Source of the DNA: Pristiophorus japonicus
Lineage: Eukaryota
NCBI RefSeq assembly: GCF_044704955.1
Contig: NC_091980.1
Coordinates: forward strand, 128,216,001-128,280,000
Reading direction: 5' to 3'
Length of the DNA stretch: 64,000 nt
Of the stretch, positions 1 to 11,161 are shown one piece after another (position 1 is the stretch's first letter; each line of letters begins with the position of its first letter). A model generated the notes under the pieces. The model worked only from the letters and a program-made list of their open reading frames with translations. It had not been told where the DNA came from and made no database searches. A program made the translations under genes and the position numbers.

Positions 1-947
1 CTGAAGACTTTGTCAGGAACAGGAAGTCTCAAATCCATCAGCCGCAAACCCAGGCCGACTCGTGGAATTGTGGCTCATCAATATATGAAACATTGTAACA
101 TCGATACCCGAAAAGTGCCTTTGAGAGTTGCAAAGACATCAACATGGAATGGCTGAAGATGGCAGTTTAATTGCAAAGAATACAGTTTTCAGCTAAATTC
201 CTAAAACTAACTTGTAAACACTGGATTATTACAGCTGTAGCATTAACATTTGAATCCATTCATAGGGGAGAAATGCAGATCCAGTAGGATTTTGACAGGA
301 TGATTGCTATTTGATATGAAATGTAAAATGGGATTAAATACAAATGGATACATTGGGTTTGTGAATTGAGGCACAGTGTGGGGGAAATGTTTTTCCAAAG
401 GTCTGTGTTTAACTTCTTGGGCCTTTTGCTTTGCGCATTTAAGGAAATACATTTCCTCCTTCCAGAAGGATGTGTTGAGAGTAGTTACACAGGTATTCCT
501 ACAATACCTTATCCAATCCCTTATTCATGCGAGCCTAGGTCATGTTGGTAAATTATTCAACCATGAGGTAGGATTAAGCAGATGCGAATCTGTCCCAGAA
601 CCACCACACTCGGGTATCCACACTAAACAATAAAGCTGTGACAACAAGCTGATGCCACCTGTTGCTTTCCTTCCTCACCCAATTGTAGTCCCTAGGGTTC
701 AATGCACTCAGACATTGCTGGTCTGTACAACAGTTGCTGCTCTGCCTGCAAAGCGTAACAGAAAGTCTACAGCAGCAGTGGTCAGTTCAGTTACAGAACA
801 ACCGCAATATTAACAGAACAGGATCTGGAGCAGCTAATTCCAGGACCGATACACTTATTCAATAGAATAGTAATCCAGGACTTTTTCTTCACTAGTCTGA
901 AATGGTGAAACACTGATTTAGTGGAAAACGTTCCCTGTATTTAACAC
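1..947. repeat. Unidentified ~0.9 kb segment co-duplicated with the ferritin units (other copies ~15125-15600, 21285-21971, 54136-54640, 57235-57965)
   Basis: Shared blocks such as AACATTTGAATCCATTCA...GATCCAGTAGGATTT...GAAATG...TGGATACATT (all five) and CCCAGAACCACCACAC/GCTCGGGTATCCA (three longer copies) recur; no TE termini recognised. Confidence 0.8.
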
Positions 948-1519
948 TGTAAGGGAAATAAATTCCACACCGAGTCCGAGAACAGTGAGGGAAACGTCAC
1001 AGTTTATTCGTATAGAGCGCTCTGGGAGAAGTGGGGAAACTCCGTAGCTTCGCCACACCTTCTCTCCGAGTGAAGTTTCCAAGTTACAATTATACCTTTG
1101 GGGGTGGTCCTGCCCCCTTACACCATTGTCCAATTATCTAACATTTTTGTAACATCTTACCCTATATGGTAATGCTATGACAATCTATCTTTATGTTGTG
1201 GTAAGTCAAAGGTTAACTAGCATACGTACACACAAGTGGGGTTAGTTTCCTCGCATCAGCAGAAAAACAAGGAACTATCTTCCTGTTATTAGTACAATTG
1301 ATATACATCTGTTTGCCTTTCCAACCGCCCATTGTCTTACTTCCCCTATCTCCATGACTCAGGGTCACCGGACTGGAGACTACACATGCCTTCTGCTTAA
1401 GTATACATGTCTTACTTGACCACACTCCCTGTCGCATAATTCATCAGAGAAAGACAGGGGAGCTGGCTACACATTATAAAAGTTACAAAGGTTATAGGTT
1501 AAGAAATTTCTCTCCAACA
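948..1519 (-). repeat. ERV 3' LTR (~572 bp)
   Basis: Minus strand TGTTGGAG...CCCTTACA (TG...CA), AATAAA at 1003-1008, preceded by PPT, homologous to 8593-9093. Confidence 0.92.
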
Positions 1520-1531
1520 GTCCCTCCTTTT
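1520..1531 (-). promoter_or_regulatory. ERV polypurine tract
   Basis: AAAAGGAGGGAC on the minus strand directly before the TG of the 3' LTR. Confidence 0.85.
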
Positions 1532-1633
1532 GATCTTTTCCCATCTTATGCAGATAAGAACAATCCAATCCTACATTCGGACTGTCTCGTCGTCTTGTGC
1601 CAGGATTCTTGGGCGAGCCTGGAGTTGGTGGTA

Positions 1634-3024
1634 CTACTGAAAATGGAGGAGCAGCTTCTGATATGTTGCGGGTGGAAGTTGGGTTGTTGTATCGTTGATG
1701 CGGGTCCCGGCAGCTATGGGTATCGCGGTACACAACTTGGACATACATATTTTAATCATCATTACCACGAGGTACAAGGCCAGGCATATGCCCACAATCA
1801 AAATCAGACCCTGTACAATATTTTGTCCCAACTTAGACATCCATCCCTCCAGCCAGCCAACTGCACCATCCGGGGTGGTTAGCTTCCTCACTTCTCTCCT
1901 TATATGGTCGGTTAGGTTGGTTATATTCTCCGAATTATCGGGTATATAAGTGCAACATTCAGCCCCAATCAATGCGCAAGTGCCTCCGTTCTGCGCCAAT
2001 ACGTAATCTAGGGCCATTCGGTTCTGAAGTACGGTAGTACGTATGGCTACCATTTCAGCTGTTATGCTCTCCATCGCCTCGGCAGTGTCGTTAGCTATTT
2101 GTTCCAGAACCCTTTCTACATTTCTTATTTCGTCCATGGTGCGCCCTATCCCGTATGGGAACATCACAACTCCAAAGAGTCTTTTTACCGGGGTAATCGC
2201 TCGTCTTCATCGACCTGGTGTACGCACCTCTGCCAGGGTACGTACCTGTCTGACAAAGGGGACCACATATCCCAAATAACAGGACCCTGTCCATCGCGTG
2301 GGTAACCAGGGATATGGCCTATGCCCTCACAAAAAATATGTGCCGTTATATGCTGCCATTTCATATATTGTGTCGGGGTCCCAAGACTGGGCCCACAGAC
2401 CTCCTGTTTTATTCGGAAGGCGTGAGAGGATAGTGACCCGTGTGCCGGTTGTGATATTGAGGTTGTGTGGGCAATCGCTGTACCCTATGACATGTCCCCT
2501 TCCGCTGGTGTCGTTTCGGGTTAAACATATGGTCCCGGTTGGTCTCCCGAGGTATTGGTCAGGACTAGGTATAGGGTTTCCCTTTTATGGTCATAGGGTG
2601 GTTGGTACCATCCCTGGAACGTTTGACTAATGGGGTACCCAGCACTCTCCCACTCGGTGACGTCCCCGTGGTTGTCCACACGGTAGCGGTATGATGGTCC
2701 TCCTCCCATCCGTGATCCCTCTCTTGACCCGCCTTTCATCCTTTGTTCTTGCATTGGCCCCCCTCCTCCCGTGCCATTCTGGCTCAGAAGCCACTTGACA
2801 GTCTCAGTTAGGGTCAGGGGAACGGGGCGCAAAGTAATTCCCCCTTTGGAATGTATAGGGATATGCGAGCACACCTAGCAACTAGAAAAGTTACCATTTT
2901 GCGCCTAAACATAAGACATATACAGAAAGGTGTTTACATGGAGTTCTCGCTTCTGTCTCGCTTCCCACGTGCTGCAGTTGACGCACACCAAGGCTATTAT
3001 ACAGACTGCGGCAAACAGTTTCAT
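1634..3024 (-). pseudogene. env: ERV env (gamma-type SU/TM), disrupted
   Basis: Signal peptide MKLFAAVCIIALVCVNC, C*VC (CWVC-type CXXC), decayed furin site GR*RR/AITP, ISD LQNRMALDYVLAQNGG, CALIGAECC (CX6CC), TM helix; internal stops. Confidence 0.93.
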
Positions 3025-3133
3025 CTTACCACACTATATTAACAAATAGTCAAAGGCAAAATGGCCATATATGTTGCTAATAGTATCTCTATTGACCTGT
3101 GGGCGAATCAAAGAATAGTGGATACTACAGGCA

Positions 3134-6100
3134 TTAGTTTTTCGGCTCAAAAACCTTAAGCTGAGTCCAGTGTTTCCACTGCCCCCGTCCTCTCATGTCG
3201 ACGCAGGCACATGTATCTCTGCTAATCATAATCTCGTATGGTCCTATCCATTTTGGTGCAAAGCCAGGCTTCCCAGGGATGACCTTTACCATTACGCGGG
3301 TCCCTGCCTGGGGCACATCTGGGAGGGCGGTGGATTCTAATTTCTCGTCCTGTCGGAGCTGCTTATCCCTGACCTGCGTTCTCATCTCCTTAAGACTGTT
3401 GCTCATTTCCAGGACGTACCTCCTGATCCTATCCCTTAAGGGCTCCACATCAATCACTCCTGTGACGATCCCTTCTGGGAGTTGCATTGCTCTACCCGTC
3501 ATTAGCTCATAGGGGGACAGCCCAGTCATCCTGTTTGGGATCGCTCTTAACTTCATTAGAATGAGGGGCAACACGTCAACCCAGGTCCTCCCGGTTTCTC
3601 AGATTGCCTTTGCAATCGCCACCTTGAAGGTTCGATTCATCCGTTCTACCATTCCCGAGCTCTGGGGATGATATGGGATGTGGAATTTCTGTCTTATCCC
3701 CATCAGTTTACATACTGCCTTTATCACCCCTCCCGTGAAGTGGGTGCCCTGATCCGAATCTATTTGCACCCATCTGGGTATGATCTCGGCCAGTATCCTG
3801 GCCACTGTAGTGGGCGTACAATTTTGTGTGGGGAACGCTTCCACCCACCGAGTGAATTGATCAATTACCACCAAGCAGTATCTTTTCCCCCGCGAGTCCG
3901 GCAGTGGCCCGATGAAATCTATCTGTATATTTTCCCATGGCCCCCTTGGTCTCGGTTGATGGGCCATCCGTATCCTAACCGTCTTGCCAGGGTTATGTTG
4001 CGCATATGTTATACAGCGCTGACAGTGTTTGGCTATATCCCGGCCCATTCCAGGCCACCACCATTCGCGCGTGAGTAGCTCCGTCATGGATCCTCTGCCC
4101 AGATGTGCCACACCGTGGTATAGGTCCAACAAAGTGTGCTTAATACAATTTGGGGCTATGACCTTCCCCTCTTTCCTCCACACTGAGTCTTTAACCGGGG
4201 CGCCTCCCATCGCCTTCACTCTTCCCGCTCCTCGGGGGAGGTATCCGCGTGAAGTTGGACTATGTCCACCTTCTCATGCGCCACACTACCCACTCCCTCT
4301 GTTCTCTCCTCTAAATCTTGTTCCAGCGCCCTTTGTGCGGCAGCATCCGCTGCCTGATTACCCTCTTGTTCCGGGGATCTGACCTTCTGCTGGGCCTGAA
4401 CCTTTATTACGGCTGCCTGTAATGGCTCATCTGTTGCTTTTAATAACTCCTGGACCCTCCCCTGGTGCTGGATTGGTTCCACTCCTGTTGAACCCGCTTC
4501 TTCCCCAGGCTACCATGTAGTCGTGAACTATGCCGAATGCGTATCGGCTGTTGGTGTATATATTAACTGTCTTCCCCTTAGCTAACTTCAGGGCCTCTGT
4601 GAGGGCCACGATTTTGGCAATCTGCGGCGAAAGTTCCCCCTCTAGCCGTCCCGATGCGATGGTCTGCAGCCTGTCATCTACTACCGCCCACCCCGTTCTG
4701 GGCGTCCCCTCCACGTACTCTCGAGACCTGTCCACGTAGAGGGTCATCTGTGCTCCCAGCAGGGGTTCATCCGCGAGGCGGCCCTCGGCGGCCTCATCCT
4801 CTGCCTCGTTACATTCATGTGGTTCCCCATCCGCAAGGAGGCCCTCCGCTGGGTTTCCTCCCGTATCCCTTATGATCACTATGGATTGATCTACTGGCAG
4901 CAGGACCGCCTCCCACCATGCTCTGCGCATATTGGAGACCGATTTCAACCGCCCGGTATTCAGCCTTTCTACCAAGGTGTGTCTCGTGTGCAGGACACTA
5001 TCCCCAGTCATCACAGTGGGTTCACTGACTTTCACTGCCCATGCGGCACAATCGAGGGGGGCCACGCATTTTGACAGTCTGCCTACTACGGGTGACTGTT
5101 ATGTGGAATAATACGCCACCGGCCGCTTCTGGTCCCCATGCTGTTGCGCGACTACCGCCGCATAAAACCCTCCTTCGTTTTCACAATAAATGTAGAAGGG
5201 CTTCCCCATGTCGGGCAGTCCCAGTCCCGGAGCAGAGGTCAGGACTTGTTTGAGTCGCCCATATGCCTCCTCTTATTCTGTTCCCCATTCTATGGGTGCG
5301 GTGGCGCGCTTTCCGCCTTTTACCAATCTTTGGATTGGCTCTACTATTTCGGCGAACCCTGGGACGAAATTCCTACTATATTTAAACAGTTCTAATACCT
5401 TCCTGACTCCTCGCACTGAGATTTGTTGGGGCATTGTCTCGCTCGCCACCTTCCGATCACTAGGCATGGTCCTGATTCCTTGGGATATTTCCTGTTCTAG
5501 GTACGTCACAGTTTCCTGGCCAATCTGAGCCTTCTTGGGGTTTACTTTAAAACCTCCATTGCTCAGAGCTTCCAGGACTGCAATAAGTGCTGCCTGGTGG
5601 CCTTCCGAGTCCTCAGATGCTATCAATAGGTCATCCACATACTGCAATAGTGTGCTAAGGTAGTGAATCAAGTCTATGGTCTCCAGCATTGTGTCCATGA
5701 CCCGGTGAAAGATTGCTGGACTATTGTGAAATCCCTGCAGCAGTCAGGTCCAGGTATACTGTCTCCCACCCACCATAAAGGCCAGTTTCTCCTGTGACTC
5801 CTGGTCCAGGGGAAGGGACCAGAATCCATTTGCAATGTCCAGCACCGTGAATATCCTATGCTGTGGGCTCAGGCCATTCAAAATGGTAGCCGGGCTAGCC
5901 ACTATGGGATGTAATTTAGGAGTAACTTTGTTCAGGGCAGTGTAAACAATAGTGAGACAGTAGGACCCGTCGCCAGGTTTTACGACCGGCCATACCGGAG
6001 AGTTTGTGGTACTCTCCGTTTCCCGGAGTATCCCTTTGTGACGAGCTCAGACACGATTCTTAATATGGCTTCCGCCGCTTCTGGCTTGATTGGGTACTGT

Positions 6101-6660
6101 CGGTGCGCCTGATGCTCAGGTCCCGCAATATGGATTGGTGTCATATTTACCCGTCCCGTGTCCTGTTTTGTTTTTGCCCAGACCTCTAATGCCTCACATA
6201 TTATCCCATATATCCCCAGCTCCTGTTTCCAATTTCAGACCCTTAGGGCGGCACTACCTATCGTTGCAATGTTTCGTAAGGCGATGGACGAGTTATTTTT
6301 TCGTCCGTCAGCCTCTGGCCAAATTATTTTATTGTGTCTGGCGTCTACCAGCAATCTAAATTCCCTCATCAGGTCTACTCCCAAGATAGTTCCCTCATTA
6401 TTTTTATATACCCAAAACTGGGCTAACAAGAGTTTATTCTCCAGTTCCACCACCTGCATCTCGCTTTTGAACGCCGGAATTTGTTCCCCCCCCAGTCCCA
6501 CTATGTAAATCTTATGCCGAGTCAAGGGCAGGCGTAGGTTTGTGATTGAGACAGCGGCTCCAGTGTCCACTAGCATTTCACACGGCCGGCCCCCTACTAG
6601 TGCACACACAAACATCCGCTCGTCTCCTCGCCCATGGGCCGAGGCCGTCGCCGTCGCCCG
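3134..6660 (-). pseudogene. pol: ERV pro-pol (protease, RT, RNase H, integrase), disrupted
   Basis: LVDTGA (6235-6615), LDIANGFWS...QGFHNSP...YVDD, RNase H YVD..SR / IYTNSRYAFG, integrase H..AH...C..C-like, IQIDF, DSDQGTHF, SGMVER, KWIGPY. Confidence 0.95.
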
Positions 6661-8009
6661 TCAGTGAGTCCCCTTGGTCTTTAGGTAGTCTAGGAACTGG
6701 TTATATTCCTCGGCTCCTACTTTATTGCGCAAGGTGTTGCCGGACGTTCCTGAGCCCTTTCCTTCCTTCCAACAATTCTCCTCTACATGGCCTTTCTTAT
6801 TGCAATATGTACATAATTTGGCAGAGTGGCAGTCTCGTGCCATGTGACCCAACCTTCCACATTGGAAACATGGCCCACCCCCCTTGGAGTTGATCCCTGC
6901 CACCCCCACCCGCTCCTGTTTCACCACTGTGGGCTTGTCCTCATGATCCTGAGCATTTACCGAACATGGCCAGCAGACAACCTCATCGTATACATTGTGG
7001 GTCATTACTCCCAACTTTATTACCGCTTGGTGTTTAGTGGACAACCCATCTTTATACAGCTGAACGAAGGGCGGACCGGTCAGTTGCAGGTCGGGCTGTC
7101 CGGACGACTCCTTATAGGCCTCGAATAATCGTTCCCCGAATTCACTACTCCCCTCACCCTTCCTTTGCTTACATGTCATGATTTCTCCCCAATTAACCCG
7201 AGGATTGCCTAGGGCGGTTTGGAGCGCTGTTTTAAAGAGGAGGAATGCAGCAACCTGCTAGGCGCGAGTAGTGTCACCGCCGTTGCCCATCCTCCGTCCG
7301 ACATCCCAGCGCCCTGTAGCTTCCTCCACTTGTCTCGTGGACAACTGGCGTGTACTATGGCGTGAATGTCACGGGGGTGTAGGTCGTGTAGGTCCCATAA
7401 CATGTCTAATTTTACCCAATAAGTCTCGTTGTTCGACCTGGCCTTCAAGGGTCCCAATTGGGTCATGACTATTTGTTTTTCAGCCGGGCTAAATGGCCAA
7501 AATTTAGAGGTAGGGGTTACCGCCATCCCTCCCTCTTCCGCCCCCGTTTCAGAGGGGAGCTTTCGCCTCCTTGGTGTCTGAGTTGTCCCCTGCCGGTGGG
7601 GCAGTTGGACTAACTTCTTCTCCCGCCTAATACCCAGGTGGCCCTTCGCCTCCGATTTTGCCCGCTGTTACATTAAACCCTAAAAACCGGGGAGGATTGT
7701 ACATTTCCAAATGTTTTTCCAACTCCCATATTTCACTTATTTTTTTTTCTGTCAGTTTAGCGCTTAATTCTACACATTGTCATTTTATTCTCCACCGCAT
7801 CAGTCAATTTGACCAACTGGTGCACCAACAAAACAGCAGCTTTCTTCATTTTTTTTTTTGCTTCTGTGTTTCCCACCACTCCCGTTGTTCGTGTACCTTC
7901 TTTGCTGGGTCCCAACCCTCCTTTTGCATTCTATCAATGCCTTTTGGTCGACTAGGTACAGTCTGGTCAGGGACCCCGGGGGGCCCCACTCAGTTTCCTT
8001 ACCGGACAT
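6661..8009 (-). pseudogene. gag: ERV gag, disrupted; two CCHC zinc knuckles
   Basis: CFQCGRLGHMARDC and CTYCNKKGHVEENC in ORF 6661-7179; probable start MSGKETEWG at 8009 (start is an inference). Confidence 0.85.
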
Positions 8010-8570
8010 CGCTGTCTTACTACTGTCAGCGGTCCGTTCAGGACTTGCAGTCTCTATCGTCAGAGGTGTTTCAACACACTTGCAATTCATTAAAAATAGC
8101 CCCTCCGCGACCCACTCCGATCTTTTCCAGCTGCACCCGCAATGTACTACAACCACATTAATTGTTCTAGACACGACCTCCAATGTCCCGACCTGTGTGA
8201 CTCAAAGTCGCAAAGAGATTAGTCCCGACTTCACTCACTGTTCCATTTTTCCGTCGCCACTTTGTCCTCTCTATGTTCCCTTCGACCTTAATCCTTGGCC
8301 TGCACATGGGGCATTCGCCCTCTTAATTCCAGCTCAAGTTAGGTGACTGAGATAGTTTGTGACAATCGAGGTGGCGGGGAAGACTCGTTTCTTTCACACA
8401 TCACTCATACCAAGCTAGCTTAGACTCTAACCTGCAGCTCAATTGTGGTTTTTCTCACCGTTCATGGACATTTTGTTCTTTGGTGAATCCCGAGGCTCAA
8501 TTGACTGGACGGTCAAACCTTGACTACTCATCCCTCTCCACCGGCTAGGCGACCCGAAGCAACCGTATTC

Positions 8571-8588
8571 ACGCTGCTCGCAGCGCCA
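8571..8588 (-). promoter_or_regulatory. ERV primer-binding site, tRNA-Ser-like
   Basis: TGGCGCTGCGAGCAG begins 4 nt after the 5' LTR end and resembles the complement of vertebrate tRNA-Ser(CGA/UGA) 3' ends. Confidence 0.75.
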
Positions 8589-8592
8589 AAGC

Positions 8593-9093
8593 TGTAAGGG
8601 AAATAAATTCCACACCGAGTCCAAGAACAGTGAGGGAAACACCAGAGTTTATTTGGACAGAGCGCTCTGGGAGAAGTGGGGGAAATTCCATAGCTTCGCC
8701 ACACCTTCTCTGAGCGAAGTTTCCAAGTTACAATTATACCTTTGGGGGCTATCCCACCCCCTTACAAAAATGTTAATCAATTGGACAATGGTGTAACATC
8801 TTGCCCTATATGGTAATGCTATGACAATCTATCTTTACATTGTGGCAAGTCAAAGGTTAACTAGCATACACACACACACGTGGGGTTAATTTTCCTACAG
8901 CAGAAAAACAAGGAACTATCTTCCTGTTATTAGTACAAGTGATATACATTTGTTTGCCTTTCCAACCACCCATTGTCTTACTTCCCCTATCTCCATGACT
9001 CAGGGTCACCTGACTTGAGACTACATATGCCTTCTGCTTAAGTATACATTTCTTACTTGACCACTCTCCTTGTCCCATAATTCAGCGAAAGAC
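8593..9093 (-). repeat. ERV 5' LTR, missing ~64 bp of U3
   Basis: Aligns by eye to 948-1455; AATAAA at 8648-8653; joins ferritin exon 3 at a shared AGAC (9090-9093). Confidence 0.92.
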
Positions 9094-10871
9094 TCTGGTT
9101 CACATTCTTCATCTGCAGAGCCCTCTGCATCACCTCCAGACCATTGCTCCACTCATCCTGCTCTGGTTTCTGGAAAGTACATACATGCTTACAGTTCACT
9201 TACAATAGATTAAACAAATTAGAAAGTATTGAAGGAAATTAGTGGTGCAAAAGTCCACTTTACCATGAACCAGTGTGTTAGAATATAAAATTGACATTAA
9301 GCTATCATAACATTAGTCATATTGATGAGGCAAATTGCATAAGTGTATTTAAGGGGGAAGCTGGGCAAGTGTATGGAGAGAAAGGAATAGGATGATGTGC
9401 TGAGGGGTTGAGATGAAGCAAAGAGGGAGGAGGCTCGCTGGAGTATAAACACCAGCAAAGACCAGCTTGGTCAAATGGTTTGTGTTGTAAATTGGAAGCA
9501 ATTGCTTTAGCACATATTGAGAACAATCAGTCTAAGGGGAGTTAGACAGAAGGCCACTCCTTTATGGAATCCAACCTTTATGTCAGACATGATGATCCGT
9601 CCTCCACACCAATTCTGGAATTCCATCAGTTTCTCAGCATGCTCACATTTCTCATGTGACTGCTCCTTGAAAAACTCCACAAAGTGACGCAGGGCAACAT
9701 CATCCCGGTCAAAGTAGAAGAACTATGGAGAGATCAGTACAGTAGTTAGGTAATGCATGGCAGACCCAGAATCATGTGCGCATTACATAACTTCAAGCTC
9801 AATTTTGCTTGCTTTCTTTCAAGGGTTCAAAGTCTCACTGAACCTGTATATACAGGCATCTCTTGATTATCCAGGTCCCTTGGGGATTGGTCTGTGCCAG
9901 TTAAATGATTTCTCCTTAGAGGAAGTTGACATTACAGTTAATGCTTACAGTACTGCAGGTTTGCTCTAATCAATAGCTGTAGCATCTCTTCTAATGCTTG
10001 AATTCTAGTCCTCTAGATCAAAAGGAGCAATAGGCTTGTTGATTACATCCTGTAACTGCTAGTGGCATTTTAATGAATTATGAGAGGCAATGGAAGTGTG
10101 GGAGTAGTAGTGGGAGCCGAGGCAGGGTGGAGTGCTTAAAAGTGAGGCTCAACAGGCAACATTCGAAAGGAACATCAGCGTTTCAGTGACGTCGGCAGAG
10201 CGCACACATGGAATTTTAAATGCTGTTATAACGGTTTCCCATTGCATCCATGTGCGGATAAAGCGAGAGTTGCCTGTACATACATTGTTATGGAGACAAT
10301 CGTTTGATTCCTTTACCCAATGGAAAGCCACAGACTAGTATCAAAGCCTTGATTTTCCGGAGGTAGGTGGGTGGGAGAAATAAAGTATTCCAGATAACCT
10401 TGGCAGATCATCAAAACCATTTTTTTATTAAACTATTCAAGTGGAGGGTGGGGGGTGGTGAAATGGGAAACATTGTTGCAGATTTCTTCCACGCTTGCAG
10501 GAAAAGGATACTACTTGATTTCCCTCTAAAATGTCCCATTACATCCCCTCATTGCAAAGGCAAGTAGGGAAAGTCCATGGAGTGATTTAGAATGAGGATA
10601 CAAATTCTGAAATCCATGTATTGAGTGCAGAATGTATTCCAAATAAACTTCAACAACAAGCTCAAAAAAGCCCAGGAAAGTGAGTCATTCAAGATACTCA
10701 GAATAGGTGGGCTGGATACAACACATTACATAGACCACTTCACAATGGAGTGTAAAATACAAAACTCACCATAGAGAAATAAACATAGGAGGTATAGAGC
10801 GCCATGTTGATCTGCTTGTTGACAGCATCCTCACAATCCTGGTGGTAGTTCTGACACACTTGAGAAAGCAA
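9053..10871 (-). pseudogene. fth1: Ferritin copy 1 pseudogene: exon1 10770-10871, exon2 9576-9722, partial exon3 9090-9169 reading into the LTR (stop 9053-9055)
   Basis: ATG replaced by TTG ([26 protein letters not shown]...), GT-AG junctions kept, exon 2 is 147 bp, end of exon 3 and all of exon 4 absent. Symbol indicates family only. Confidence 0.93.
9853..10276. mobile_element. Tc1/mariner-pogo (Tigger-like) MITE in intron 1 of copy 1
   Basis: Imperfect TIRs CAGGCATCTCTTGATTATCC / CAGGCAACTCTCGCTTTATCC (reverse complement), TA on both sides, empty site in copy 3 intron 1. Confidence 0.8.
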
Positions 10872-10900
10872 CTTCAAAAATTTGTTGAAACAACAAACTG
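10872..10900 (-). promoter_or_regulatory. Degenerate iron-responsive element, copy 1
   Basis: GTTTGTTGTTTCAA-CAAATT-TTTGAAG versus canonical ...TGCTTCAA-CAGTGN-TTGAA. Confidence 0.6.
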
Positions 10901-10919
10901 AGATTTAATCAACCTCAAA

Positions 10920-11161
10920 CTCCTGTATTTATACTGCTGGATAATCCAGGGCGTGGCAACCTAGATAATGAGTGACGGTCCTCAATATCCAATCAAAAGT
11001 TGCAGCCTCTCAGAGCACCAATAAAGTAATGGGAGGAGGGGAGGTGGACTCCCAGAGCCAGTCAGATCTTTGAAGAATGAGCATCATTGGCTGACAACTC
11101 AATGAGGATCTCAATTGTCCTAACTTTCCTCAAACACAGTTCAGATATTCAGAATCACAGG
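10920..11161 (-). promoter_or_regulatory. Ferritin copy 1 proximal promoter (TATAAATA 10926-10933, CCAAT boxes)
   Basis: Block conserved in all four copies; two CCAAT and one ATTGG pentamer. Confidence 0.75.

Larger units (their letters stand above)
948..9093 (-). mobile_element. Endogenous retrovirus, near full length (LTR-gag-pro-pol-env-LTR), decayed; 5' LTR truncated
   Basis: Paired LTRs, PBS, PPT, Gag CCHC knuckles, protease LVDTGA, RT YVDD, RNase H, integrase HHCC/DDE, Env TM with ISD and CX6CC; several stops and frameshifts. Confidence 0.97.

Noticed and set aside
940-950. Target-site duplication of the ERV
   Set aside because: Cannot be scored because the other junction was removed by the deletion at 9090-9093.
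1213-1437. Duplicated ~74-aa ORF (also 8857-9078) as a viral accessory gene
   Set aside because: It lies within the LTR, so duplication is expected; no recognisable domain, and the 5' LTR copy is cut just upstream.
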